Shown here: positions 47,664 to 57,022 of the stretch, piece after piece
How the letters are laid out: every line of letters begins with the position of its first letter
Position numbering within the stretch: position 1 is the stretch's first letter
Origin: Candidatus Limnocylindrales bacterium
GTDB lineage: Bacteria; Chloroflexota; Limnocylindria; Limnocylindrales; CSP1-4
Assembly (NCBI GenBank): GCA_044449785.1
Contig: JBIOII010000002.1
Span: 1,141 to 65,140 of the forward strand
DNA: 64,000 nucleotides
Direction of reading: 5' to 3'
Made by a program: the position numbers and the translations under genes
Notes under the pieces: generated by a model
Told to the model about the DNA's origin: nothing
Seen by the model: the letters and a program-made list of their open reading frames with translations, nothing else
Databases searched by the model: none

Positions 47664-48316
47664 TCGTCGTCGTTGGGCTGCCCGCTTACGCCGACTCGCC
47701 CGACTGCGAGGGGTGCGCCGGCGGCCTGGCGGTCGAGGTGGCGGCCGCCGCCAAACGTCGTGGCGGCGCGGTCGAGCTGGTCGGGAAGATCGGGGACGAC
47801 GGGGCGGGGGATGCCGTCGTGGTCGCCCTGGGCCGGCTTGGCGTTGGCCACGCGGCGTTGCTGCGGGATCCCGCCCGACCGACACCGGTGCTTGCGGCCG
47901 AGGCCGCCGACGACGACGCCGCGGAGCTGGACGCGGCAGTGCCCGAGGCGCGGCTGCTGCCCGAATCTGCGGAATCGCGGCCGGCGCTCGAGGCGGCCGA
48001 CGTGGAGCTGGCGCTGCGGTACCTGCCTCAGGCGGGGGTCATCGTCCTCGCCGATCCGCTGCCCGAATCTGCGGTCGCGGCCGGCGCCGAGGGTGCCGAC
48101 TTTGCCGCCGCTCGACTGATCGTGCTCGTCCCGGCCGGGTTGACGCCGCCTCCGCTCCCCGCCGCAGCGACCGTGCTGGAGGCGCCGGCCCACGACGACG
48201 GGTCGTTCGGCCGGCTTGTCGGCATCTTCGCCGGCGCGCTCGACGCCGGAGTGGAGCCGGCCGCGGCCTTCAAGGAGGCGGTCGCCGCCTCAGGCTGGGA
48301 GGCGATCGCCGACTGA
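47660..48316 (+). CDS. hypothetical protein, degenerate PfkB/ribokinase-like
   Basis: GTGA overlap with the previous gene. GGLAVEVAAAAKRRGGAVELVGKIGDDGAGDAVVVALGRLGVG resembles the PfkB N-terminus, but the protein is short (218 aa) and I see no C-terminal DTxGAGD motif. Confidence 0.45.
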   Translation: MIVVVGLPAYADSPDCEGCAGGLAVEVAAAAKRRGGAVELVGKIGDDGAGDAVVVALGRLGVGHAALLRDPARPTPVLAAEAADDDAAELDAAVPEARLLPESAESRPALEAADVELALRYLPQAGVIVLADPLPESAVAAGAEGADFAAARLIVLVPAGLTPPPLPAAATVLEAPAHDDGSFGRLVGIFAGALDAGVEPAAAFKEAVAASGWEAIAD

Positions 48317-48428
48317 ACCGGCGCCGTGGCACGATAGCCGCGGGGCTCCGTGACGCGCCCGCCTTCCGCCGGCTGCATGTCTCCGCCGCTCGACGGACCG
48401 ATCGGTTCTTCCTGTACAGTGCCGGTCT

Positions 48429-49772
48429 ATGGACCGCGCCACAAACGGGCTTCGGATCGACGAGGCAACTGCCCTCCCACCTGGATTCGATCCGGCAACC
48501 ACGACCAATCCCGACCGCGGGGCGGCGATCGGGGCCATCTCCACCGCCGACGATCGGATGGAGCAGAGCGAGCCGGACCTGGCCTTGCCCCTGTACTCGT
48601 GGGCGACGGGTTGCGCCGATCGCGACGTCTCGGCCGCCGGCTACTACGGCCTCGGCAACGCGCTCTACCGGCTGGATCGAGACACCGAGGCGCGCGAGTC
48701 GTGGGAGCGGGCGACGAGCATGGGCGAGACGCCGGTGGCCTATCGAGCCTGGCGCCAGGTGGCCGCCGCCCGGGTTCGCGAGGGCGACCTGCGGGGTGCC
48801 CTCGACGCCTACCGGCAGTGCGAGAAACGGGCCCCCAGGCAAGATCGTGCTGAGATCGCATCCAGGCTCGGCTGGCTCAACAAGGAGACCGGCAACGCCG
48901 GGGCCGCAAACCGCTACTTCGCGCGAAGCCGCGGCGATACGCTTCCGCCCTTCATGACCTACCTGATCATCGCCGTAACGGTGGTAACGTCCCTCGCGGC
49001 AATGTCGGGCGCCCTGACCGGTCGGGGCGACCTCATCCTGAGGTCGCTCGAGGGCCAGCTCGCTCTCGTGCCGCAACTGGTCGCCCACGGCGATTACTAC
49101 CGGTTGTTGTCCGTGACGCTCGTCCACGATCCTACCGACATCTTCCACTTGCTGTTCAACATGTACGCCCTCTGGTACGCCGGGCAGCTCGTCGAGCGGA
49201 TGTACGGGTCGTGGCTGATGATCGCGCTCTACGCGGTGTGTGGGGTTGCCGCAAGTTCGGCCAGCTTCGCCTTCGGCCTATCGTCGGGTGGCTGGAGCGT
49301 CGGCGCGTCGGGAGCGATATTCGGCCTGTTCGGAATCGTGCTGGTCGCCACGCGCTTCCACCACGCCATCCTCGACGCGCAGTCACGAGCCGTCGCTTCC
49401 CAGGTAGGGATCCTCATCGTCCTGAACCTGGTCCTCGGCTTTTCCGGCATCTTCAACGTCGACAACTATGCCCACGTCGGCGGGTTGCTCGCCGGTTTGT
49501 GGCTGGCCTTCGTCCTCCCGCCAGGCCAGGTGCAGACGCTTTCGTCGGTGTGGCAGGCTCCTCGGGGCGCGAAGTCACCAGTCCAGACGATTGCCCTTCG
49601 TGTCGTCGGTGTGGCGGGTCTGGTCGCCATCGTGGGCGGGGTGATCGTCTACGGCACCGCCAAGTGGCAGGCCGACCCGTCCTACCAGTACTTCGGCTCG
49701 GTGGCGGCGCCGGGGCGCACGGTCGGCGCCGGTCCGGCGGCATCGCTCGTCGGGCTGTCCATCGTCCGCTGA
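48429..49772 (+). CDS. TPR repeat plus rhomboid family intramembrane serine protease
   Basis: Catalytic GASGAIFGLFG and AHVGGLLAG in a 6-TM C-terminal half. TPR-like N-terminal half (YYGLGNALYRLDRDTEARESWERA). Start uncertain. Confidence 0.85.
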   Translation: MDRATNGLRIDEATALPPGFDPATTTNPDRGAAIGAISTADDRMEQSEPDLALPLYSWATGCADRDVSAAGYYGLGNALYRLDRDTEARESWERATSMGETPVAYRAWRQVAAARVREGDLRGALDAYRQCEKRAPRQDRAEIASRLGWLNKETGNAGAANRYFARSRGDTLPPFMTYLIIAVTVVTSLAAMSGALTGRGDLILRSLEGQLALVPQLVAHGDYYRLLSVTLVHDPTDIFHLLFNMYALWYAGQLVERMYGSWLMIALYAVCGVAASSASFAFGLSSGGWSVGASGAIFGLFGIVLVATRFHHAILDAQSRAVASQVGILIVLNLVLGFSGIFNVDNYAHVGGLLAGLWLAFVLPPGQVQTLSSVWQAPRGAKSPVQTIALRVVGVAGLVAIVGGVIVYGTAKWQADPSYQYFGSVAAPGRTVGAGPAASLVGLSIVR

Positions 49773-49778
49773 CTCGGG

Positions 49779-50855
49779 TCAGGCCAGGTCCTCGCGCCAG
49801 CCGAAGCGATCGAGCACTCGATACATGTTGCGGCGGTTGAGCCGCGACCGGTCGGGCGGCCATGGCACCTCGGCGCGATCGAGCTGGAGATCAAGCCGCA
49901 CCGCGCGGCGTGGCGCCGGCATTTGGACTTCCGGTGCGGCCGGATCTGCGGCGTCCGAGTCCTCGGTCTCGCCCGCGCCCTCCGGCTCCACGTATTCGGC
50001 GCCCTCCGGCTCGGCTCCGGCACGGAGCCGCAGCGACCACCAGACGTCGAGCCAGGCCGGCGTGACGAAATGCTCGTCGAAGGGGCCCAGATCGCGATAG
50101 TCGGAGCGGCGGAAGGCGAGCCAGCCGGCGTCGAGCGCGGCCACATCGGCGTCCTCGCCGACCGCAGACGCGTCACCGTCCAACGGCTGTAGCCCATTGG
50201 GTCGCAGCGGACCCGGCTCGGCTGAGGTCAGCCCGAAGCCCCCTGCGGCCGCGACCGCAGGATCGTGGAGCGCGGCCTCGACAGAGGTAAAGGCGTCGCC
50301 CGTGGGCAGGGCCGTATTGTCGGCGAGCAGCACGAACTCGCCGGCGGCGCGGCGCATCGCGATGTTGAGGGCGGCCGCGTAACCCAGGCGCGTGGAGGTT
50401 CGTAGCACCTCCGGCACCACCCCGCCGATGGGAGCGAGGTCCGGGCTTCCGGACGCCAGGGCCCGGCCCTGGGACGCGCTCGGGTCGTTGGCGGCGACCA
50501 CGACCTGGGTCCCGGCCGGGGCGTGCGCGCGCAAAGCCCCGAGCAGCCGCGACAGGCGCTCGGGCTCTTCCGAAGCGACGAGCACGACCGTCCAGGTCGT
50601 TGTGGCCGGCTCGTCGAGCAAAGATGGCACGGCGCAGGCGGCTCCATACCGAAGCTCGCCGTCCAGTTCGATGCTTGCCGGGGCCGCGGGCCCGACGCTG
50701 GTGCGGCTGCCGTGGTCGACGACTCGCCAGCCGGCAGCCTCGATCTGCCCCTTGAGTGCGTCGGCGCGGGCCCAGTCTCGGCGGGTTCGGGCTTCGGTGC
50801 GCTCGCGGACTAGGTGGGTGATCTCTGCCGGGGGTCCGTCGGTGGGGCTGCTCAC
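49779..50855 (-). CDS. glycosyltransferase family 2-like protein with N-terminal CysRS-C-terminus-like helix
   Basis: WTVVLVASEEPERLSRLLGALRAH...AAALNIAMRRAAGEFVLLADN fits the GT-A fold. N-terminal REARTRRDWARADALKGQIEAAGWRVVD. Confidence 0.65.
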   Translation of the reverse strand: MSSPTDGPPAEITHLVRERTEARTRRDWARADALKGQIEAAGWRVVDHGSRTSVGPAAPASIELDGELRYGAACAVPSLLDEPATTTWTVVLVASEEPERLSRLLGALRAHAPAGTQVVVAANDPSASQGRALASGSPDLAPIGGVVPEVLRTSTRLGYAAALNIAMRRAAGEFVLLADNTALPTGDAFTSVEAALHDPAVAAAGGFGLTSAEPGPLRPNGLQPLDGDASAVGEDADVAALDAGWLAFRRSDYRDLGPFDEHFVTPAWLDVWWSLRLRAGAEPEGAEYVEPEGAGETEDSDAADPAAPEVQMPAPRRAVRLDLQLDRAEVPWPPDRSRLNRRNMYRVLDRFGWREDLA

Positions 50856-50904
50856 GCTCGAAGGATAACGGCGCCACAGCCGCGGACGCTTTGGCGATGG
50901 ACCC

Positions 50905-50950
50905 GGGCCGGCGGTCGGGGCGGCGCCGGGCCGGCGGTCGGGGCGGCGCC
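50905..50950. repeat. perfect 23-bp tandem duplication (2 copies plus 5 nt of a third)
   Basis: GGGCCGGCGGTCGGGGCGGCGCC occurs at 50905-50927 and again at 50928-50950. Intergenic. Confidence 0.9.
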
Positions 50951-50966
50951 GGGCGTCGCGCCCGCG

Positions 50967-52397
50967 CTACTCACGACCTGAGTGGGGGTTGGTAGCCGGC
51001 ATTGAAGGCACGATCGGCATCAAGACCGTGACGCGGGCGCCGTGCGGGGCGACGTTCTCTGCCCATGCCTCGCCGCCGTGGGCTCGGGCCAGCTCGCGGA
51101 CAATCGCCAGACCTAGGCCGGAACCGCTGCCGCTGCGGGATGGGTCGGCTCGGTAGAACCGCTCGAACACCTTCTCGGTGGTCCCGGGCGGGAATCCCGG
51201 TCCGTCGTCGGTGACGCTCATCGAAACACCCGGCGCGCGGGCGGGCAACGTCATCGGTGCGGCCCGAAGCCATACGTGGCCTCCCCGGGGAAGAACCGAC
51301 AGCGCGTTGTCGACCAGGTTCTGGAGGATCCGTTCGGCCGCGAGACGGTCGCCCGTGAAGTTCAGCTCGGGCTCTCCCGGGGCCGCCCCGGCTGCGTCCA
51401 CGACCACGCTCTGGGCCGATGCCCGAGTCTCGAACCGCGCCGCCGCGTCGGCGATCAGACTGGTGGCGTCGAGCGCTTCAGGACGGAGCGCGGCCGGCCC
51501 TTCCCTCAGCCGCTCCACGACGCCGAGCTCGCCGACGAGCCGCTCCAAGCGCTGCGTCTCTTCGGCGATGGTCCTCGCCGCGGACGCCGCCCGGTCGCCC
51601 GAGGCCGTGCCGTCCGCGATGGCCTCCGCAAACCCGCCGATGCTGGTGAGCGGGGTGCGCAGGTCGTGGCGCAGGTTGGCCAGCATCTGCGTCTCCTCAT
51701 CCCGCGTCGACGTCAGGGCGTGGGCCATCGCGTTGAAGCGTTCGGTTAGGACCCTCACCTCGGTTGGGCCCTCGACCGGTAGAGGCTCCTGGCCCGTGCT
51801 CGTCGGCAGGTCGCGCGCCGCCTGCGCCAGCCGCCGCATCGGCCCCGTGATGGATCGTGACAGCAGCCAGGCGATCGGGGCGCCGCCCACGAGCAGGACC
51901 AGCATGATGATCAGAACGGCGCGGTACATGTCGCCGAGAGCCTGGTCGACCGACCGATCGGGCACGGCCAGCACGAAGGTCCAGCCGCGCGTGCTCGAAC
52001 TGGCCGGTTCGATGTAGACGAACCGTTTGCCGTCCGAAGTTGTCGTCGTCCCGATGGCCGTCTTGGCTCCACCCGTCGGCGGAGGCGGCATCCCGATCGA
52101 CGACGGGCTTCCAACCAGGACACGTACGTTGCCGTTCGGGTTCTGGACCAGGATGTAGCCGCCATCGGCGGCAACCGAGGCGCCATAGTCAGTGACGGTG
52201 GCGTCCCACCTCGCGACCGGCTCGAGGTTGATCGCATACACCAGCCCAACCGTCTTGGCGCCGAGAGATTGTTGGATCTCGTCCTGGTGGACGTTGCGGA
52301 GAGCGACGAACATCGTCGCGCTCACGGCCACCAGGAGGGCCGCCGACAGACCAACGAAGGCCAGGATGATCCTCCCCGGCAGGCCGCGCGGCAGCAC
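50967..52397 (-). CDS. sensor histidine kinase (two TM, HAMP, HisKA, HATPase_c)
   Basis: H-box LANLRHDLRTPLTSI, N box LQNLVDNAL, G boxes DDGPGF and GSGLGLAIV. Confidence 0.9.
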   Translation of the reverse strand: MLPRGLPGRIILAFVGLSAALLVAVSATMFVALRNVHQDEIQQSLGAKTVGLVYAINLEPVARWDATVTDYGASVAADGGYILVQNPNGNVRVLVGSPSSIGMPPPPTGGAKTAIGTTTTSDGKRFVYIEPASSSTRGWTFVLAVPDRSVDQALGDMYRAVLIIMLVLLVGGAPIAWLLSRSITGPMRRLAQAARDLPTSTGQEPLPVEGPTEVRVLTERFNAMAHALTSTRDEETQMLANLRHDLRTPLTSIGGFAEAIADGTASGDRAASAARTIAEETQRLERLVGELGVVERLREGPAALRPEALDATSLIADAAARFETRASAQSVVVDAAGAAPGEPELNFTGDRLAAERILQNLVDNALSVLPRGGHVWLRAAPMTLPARAPGVSMSVTDDGPGFPPGTTEKVFERFYRADPSRSGSGSGLGLAIVRELARAHGGEAWAENVAPHGARVTVLMPIVPSMPATNPHSGRE

Positions 52398-52409
52398 CTG
52401 TGCGGCCTC

Positions 52410-53126
52410 CTAGTCGGCCGAGGCGGGCGGCGTGGCTGCCACGGCGGTCCCACGCGGCGGCGGTACCAGCCTGTATCCGATGCCTCGAACCGTCTCCACC
52501 TGAGGACCGTCGTCGCCGAGCTTCTTGCGGACCTCCGCCACGTGAACGTCAACTGTTCGCGTCTCGCCGGGGAAGTCGGTGCCCCACACGTCTTCGAGCA
52601 GGGCGTCCCGGCTCAGGACCACGCCCGGGTCGCGGGCCAGCGCGGCCAGCAGGTCGAACTCGCGTGCCCGGAGATCGAGCGATCGGTCGCCGACCACAGC
52701 CTCGCGCCGTCGCGGGTCGATGCGCAGGTTGCCGACCTGGATCGGCCGGCCGCCCTTGGCCGTAACGTCGGTCCGGCGCAGGATCGCCTTGACCCTCGCC
52801 ACCAGCGCTCGAGGGTTGAACGGCTTTGTCACGTAGTCGTCCGCGCCCAGCTCTAGACCGACGATGGCGTCGACGTCCTCGGAACGCGCGGTGAGCATCA
52901 GAATCGGCACGTCCCCGCGACGCCGCAGCTCGCGGCAGACCTCGAACCCGTCCATCTTGGGGAGCATCAAGTCCAGCACGACGAGATCCGGATCGCTGCG
53001 CTCGTACTGGACCAGAGCCTGCTCGCCGTCGCTCGCAGCGACGACGTTGTAGCCCTCTTTCTCCAGGTAGAGCCGGACCAGCTCGACGATATTGCGTTCG
53101 TCGTCGACCACCAGGACGGTTTTCAT
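52410..53126 (-). CDS. OmpR/PhoB family response regulator
   Basis: VLVVDDERNI...LVVLDLMLPKMDG. Winged-helix output LTAREFDLLAALARDPGVVLSRDALLEDVWG...VDVHVAEVRKKL...VRGIGYRL. Confidence 0.95.
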   Translation of the reverse strand: MKTVLVVDDERNIVELVRLYLEKEGYNVVAASDGEQALVQYERSDPDLVVLDLMLPKMDGFEVCRELRRRGDVPILMLTARSEDVDAIVGLELGADDYVTKPFNPRALVARVKAILRRTDVTAKGGRPIQVGNLRIDPRRREAVVGDRSLDLRAREFDLLAALARDPGVVLSRDALLEDVWGTDFPGETRTVDVHVAEVRKKLGDDGPQVETVRGIGYRLVPPPRGTAVAATPPASAD

Positions 53127-53421
53127 GGGCGGAGCATACGTCGGCCGTCACGGGGCTCGTGGAACGGATGTAAGCGGAACGTAAGACGAGGCGCGCCTAA
53201 CCCCGGATGCGGCCTTGTGAAAGTGCCCCAGAACGCTCCCAAAACTCCGTCGAGCATGGTCCCACCCAAAAGGAAGCCTCAGCGGAGCTTCCTCGTCCGA
53301 GTTGACCGGCAAATCGGTGTGCTTCACCGGGCGAGCGTCGACGACTGTCAGGATTCGGGACCGTCAGCGAGTCGTTTCCCCGGACGGGGTCGTGTGAGGG
53401 ATGGTCAGCGAGGCGGCCGAG

Positions 53422-53562
53422 TCAACGCGATAGCAGTCCCAGGACCAACCCCACCGCGAGCACCGCGTAGGCAACGATCGCGCCGGGCGTATTCCTGCGG
53501 AAGCGGGCCACCACGACGAGGACGGCGCCGACCAGGATGATGATCAGAGCCAGGGCTCTCAT
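53422..53562 (-). CDS. possible 46-aa two-TM membrane peptide
   Basis: Own translation: MRALALIIILVGAVLVVVARFRRNTPGAIVAYAVLAVGLVLGLLSR. Below the ORF-track length cutoff. No clear RBS seen. Confidence 0.3.
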   Translation of the reverse strand: MRALALIIILVGAVLVVVARFRRNTPGAIVAYAVLAVGLVLGLLSR

Positions 53563-53848
53563 GTCCAGTAATGCTCCTTTTCACTTGTACGGGGTCAAAT
53601 CCGGCCTCACCCGCGAATGGCGTCGCCGAAACTTAGCCGTACCCGCGCGTTCTCGGCAAACCCTGTGCAATGCGCGCAGACGGCCGAGCGTCGGGACGCA
53701 ATCACGAGGCCCGAAATCGGGGAACTTGATCCCGCCTCGGGCCCGGGCCGCTCCTGGCCACAAGCGCGTCGCGGTGCCGGAGCCGTTACGATGGCGACGC
53801 CGTGATCGGCCCGCCACGGATCGCCCGGCTCCACGATCAGGAGGAACG

Positions 53849-54307
53849 ATGCATCTCTCCGGAGAAACCGAGATCGCGGCGACCCGCAAGCGGGTCTGGG
53901 ACACCGTCAGCAACCCCAATCGCGCGGCTGCCTCGAATTCCACGGGCCAGGCTCAGGTCGAGAAGATCGACGACCGCCACTACAAGGTCACTGTGAGTGC
54001 ACCGGCGGCGATGATGCCCATCACCGTGGTCCTCGATGTCGTCCTGACCGGCCTGGACGAGCCGTCGCGTCTGGCCGCGACGATCGAGGGGATGGTCATG
54101 GGCGGCCCCATAAACGGCACCGGCTTGATCGAGCTGGCCGAGCTCGGACCGAAGCTGACGCGCGCGACCTGGGTTGCCGACGCGACCCTCGGCGGGTTCC
54201 TCGGCGGCTTCGACGCGATGATGCAGGGCCCAATCCAGCAGGCAGCCGACCAGGGCTTCGCTTCGCTCAAGACTCGTCTGGAGGCTGAGGAGGCCGCCGG
54301 AGCGTAG
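53849..54307 (+). CDS. SRPBCC family protein (CoxG-like)
   Basis: MHLSGETEIAATRKRVWDTVSNPNRAA...HYKVTVSAPAAMMPI... ATG 53849 is preceded by AGGAGGAACG. Confidence 0.72.
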   Translation: MHLSGETEIAATRKRVWDTVSNPNRAAASNSTGQAQVEKIDDRHYKVTVSAPAAMMPITVVLDVVLTGLDEPSRLAATIEGMVMGGPINGTGLIELAELGPKLTRATWVADATLGGFLGGFDAMMQGPIQQAADQGFASLKTRLEAEEAAGA

Positions 54308-54374
54308 CCGGCCGCCGGTTCGGGTAGCCCGCGGAGGCCGACAGGCGGTCGAGCCAGACGTCCCGGTCCCGCGC

Positions 54375-55001
54375 CTACTTCTGGCGGGTGTAAGTAGCTG
54401 TCAGCGTCGTCTGGCCGAGAATCTTGGTCGTCAGCGCGGTGCGCACTTGAGCAGCGGACGGAGTGCCGCTCAACCCCAGACGCGACGAAAGCGCCAACAA
54501 CGTAAATCGGTAACGGTGAGTGCCGGACGGCGGGCACGGGCCGCCGTAACCCGCCTGGCCGAAGTCGTTGCGGCCCTGCGCCGGACCGCCGGTTGGCTTG
54601 ATGCCTTCGGGCAGCGACCCGCCGGAACCACCGGGCAGGTCGAACACCACCCAGTGGATGAACCCGCGGGCGTCCGGATCGTCGACGATGAGCGCGAACG
54701 AAACGGTTCCCTGCGGCGCACCCTGCCAGGCCAGCGCCGGGGACAGGTTCGAGCCGTCGCACGACTGGCGGGCGGGAATGGCGCCGCCTTCGGCGAAGCT
54801 CGAGCTCGAGAGTACGAAACCGGCCATCGCTGTCTCCCAGGCTGTATCGACTGGCGCGGCCGACCTATCGATCGGCGACGGACCTCCCGATGAGCACGAC
54901 GCACAGGCGAGGAGGGCGGCGATCGCGAGTGCGCCAGCCGGCCCCGATCTTCGCAAGGTGCCCATCGGGGCCAGGATGTATCGGCCGGCGCGCGGGGTCA
55001 A
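54375..55001 (-). CDS. YbhB/YbcL (PEBP/Raf-kinase-inhibitor-like) family lipoprotein
   Basis: Lipobox LLACASCSS. Signature GYGGPCPPSGTHRYRFTLLAL. Confidence 0.85.
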   Translation of the reverse strand: MTPRAGRYILAPMGTLRRSGPAGALAIAALLACASCSSGGPSPIDRSAAPVDTAWETAMAGFVLSSSSFAEGGAIPARQSCDGSNLSPALAWQGAPQGTVSFALIVDDPDARGFIHWVVFDLPGGSGGSLPEGIKPTGGPAQGRNDFGQAGYGGPCPPSGTHRYRFTLLALSSRLGLSGTPSAAQVRTALTTKILGQTTLTATYTRQK

Positions 55002-55042
55002 CGCCCGATCGTCGGGCGGCGCGCCGCCGGCGGCCCGAGCCG

Positions 55043-56185
55043 CTACATCGAGTCGTCCCCGTCCGCGTAGTGTTTTCGGGCCATGTTGTCGGCCGCGGCA
55101 TTGCGCATAGCCTTCCCGAACCGCCGGTCACGATCGCGCCGCCGGGCCGTCGAAGGCTGCTCGGCAAGCTCGTGGGCGAGCTGGCGGTAGCTCTTCAGCC
55201 GTGCGGCGTCGAGACGGCCCGCCTGGACCGCCGCCCGAACCGCACACCCGGGCTCGAACCTGTGGCCGCAGTCGGCGAAACGGCAACCAGACGCCAGCTC
55301 GACTATCTCGACGAATGTTTCGTCGACGCCTTCGTCCGCGTCCCACAGACCGAACTCGCGCATCCCCGGCGTGTCGAGCAGGAGGGCGCCGTTCGCGAGC
55401 AGGAACAGCTCCCGATGAGTGGTCGTATGCCGGCCCCGGGCGTCATCCTCGCGAATTTCGCGCGTGGCCATCAACTCCTCGCCGGCGAGCCGGTTGAGCA
55501 GGGTCGACTTGCCGACCCCCGACGAGCCGACGAGGGCCAGCGTCCGGCCGGGCTCGAACCACGGCGCGAGAGAATCGATCCCGCCACCGGTCCGAGAACT
55601 GACGGCGACAGCGCGTACCCGGAACTCGGCCTCGAGCCGCGCCACCAAGCCTGTCGCGTTCGGCGCTAGGTCGGCCTTGGTCAGGAGGATCACCGTCTCC
55701 GCACCCGACTCGCGACCCATGGCCACGTACCTCTCCAGCCGGCGGGGGTTCAGGTCGACGTTGAGCGACGTGGCAAGGAAGAGCGTGTCCACATTCGCCG
55801 CGAGGATCTGGGCTCCCGGCCGCGAACCAGCGGCCCGCCGCCGGAATACGGATCGCCGGCTGAGGATCATGTCGATGCGTGCCTCACCATCGTGCGGGGC
55901 ATCGACGCAGCCGACCCAATCGCCGACTGCCGGCAGGTCGCCATCGCCGGCGTTGTGCCGGAACCTGCCGGTCGGAGAGGCCGGGCTCTCGCGCTCCTCG
56001 CCCACCACGTGCCAGATGCCGCGGTGCTGGGCGATCACGCGAGCCGGCCAGAGGCCGTTCCCGACGAACGGGGCGAATTCGGCTGTCCGTCGCTCGTCCC
56101 AGCCCCATGCCCGGAGCGTCTCGATTGGACCGGTAGAGGAGGGGAGCGCCGCCGAGTTCCCGGCGGCGCCATGGTTGGTGGCCAC
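55043..56185 (-). CDS. rsgA: ribosome small-subunit-dependent GTPase A
   Basis: LTKADL, VGSSGVGKSTLLNRL, GRHTTTHRELF, DTPGMREFGLWD, zinc cluster CRFADCGHRFEPGC. GTG 56185 lies 2 nt after the permease stop. Confidence 0.9.
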   Translation of the reverse strand: MATNHGAAGNSAALPSSTGPIETLRAWGWDERRTAEFAPFVGNGLWPARVIAQHRGIWHVVGEERESPASPTGRFRHNAGDGDLPAVGDWVGCVDAPHDGEARIDMILSRRSVFRRRAAGSRPGAQILAANVDTLFLATSLNVDLNPRRLERYVAMGRESGAETVILLTKADLAPNATGLVARLEAEFRVRAVAVSSRTGGGIDSLAPWFEPGRTLALVGSSGVGKSTLLNRLAGEELMATREIREDDARGRHTTTHRELFLLANGALLLDTPGMREFGLWDADEGVDETFVEIVELASGCRFADCGHRFEPGCAVRAAVQAGRLDAARLKSYRQLAHELAEQPSTARRRDRDRRFGKAMRNAAADNMARKHYADGDDSM

Positions 56186-56187
56186 GG

Positions 56188-56988
56188 TCAGCCCACCCTC
56201 TTGAGTTTCCCGGTGCGCTTGGCGTAGCGCTCGGCTTTGCCGAAGCCCCACAGTCCGAGCGGGATAAAGACGAACGCCATGACAAGCAGCGGCCACAGGT
56301 CGGGCAGCAGCTGGCCGACCGAGGCGCCGTCGATGAGCGCTCGCCGAACGGCGTCGAGGACGTACGTCGCCGGGGAGATCCGCGAGATCAGCTGCATCCA
56401 GCCCGGCAGGATCGTGGTCGGGTAGTAGACGCCGCTGATCAGCAGCAGGCACGACTGCAACACGAAGACCATCTGCGAGCCGCGCTCGACCGACATCATG
56501 GGCAGGATCGCAGCCAGCATTCCGATACCGACGAAGCTGGCCGAGCCGACGGCCATGAACAGCGCCGCGGCCCCGATATCCGCCCGACCGAGGTCGAGCG
56601 AGAAGAAGAGCGCCAGCACGATCAGCAGGATCGTCGTGTGGATCAGGCCGTAGATGACCGCGTAAACCGCCGATCCGAGCAGCTGCACCGAGCGCCGGAC
56701 AGGCGCCATCATGGTGTACTCGAGCGTCCCTTCCCAGCGTTCCCAGGTGATCGTGTCGCCGATCGACTGGAAGACCACGGACAGGTAGTTCCAGAAGACG
56801 GCGCCGACGACGAGCAGCATCAAGAGCCGCGTGCTGCCTACGGACTCGCCGATCAGCGAGACCGACAGCGCGCCCGCGACGGCATAGACCAGGAAGGCGA
56901 CTTCCCAGCCGAAATAGCGCTTGGTGAGGTTGAAGTTGCGCTCCACGAAGGCGTAACTGGCACGCGCCTCGCGAGTTAGTGCGATCAC
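56188..56988 (-). CDS. ABC-2 type transporter permease
   Basis: 6 TM segments, ABC-2 pattern. Start moved to GTG 56988, preceded by GGAG. The track start 57075 overlaps small ORF B. Confidence 0.85.
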   Translation of the reverse strand: MIALTREARASYAFVERNFNLTKRYFGWEVAFLVYAVAGALSVSLIGESVGSTRLLMLLVVGAVFWNYLSVVFQSIGDTITWERWEGTLEYTMMAPVRRSVQLLGSAVYAVIYGLIHTTILLIVLALFFSLDLGRADIGAAALFMAVGSASFVGIGMLAAILPMMSVERGSQMVFVLQSCLLLISGVYYPTTILPGWMQLISRISPATYVLDAVRRALIDGASVGQLLPDLWPLLVMAFVFIPLGLWGFGKAERYAKRTGKLKRVG

Positions 56989-57022
56989 GGTGGTATCTCC
57001 TGTGGGCTTGCCGCCCGGCGCC

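Noticed and set aside
53537-53848. Long N-terminal extension of the CoxG-like ORF (track start 53537), and ORF 53217-53540 (+).
   Set aside because: Both are Arg/Pro-rich with no RBS. A strong AGGAGG-ATG at 53849 gives a full-length SRPBCC protein.
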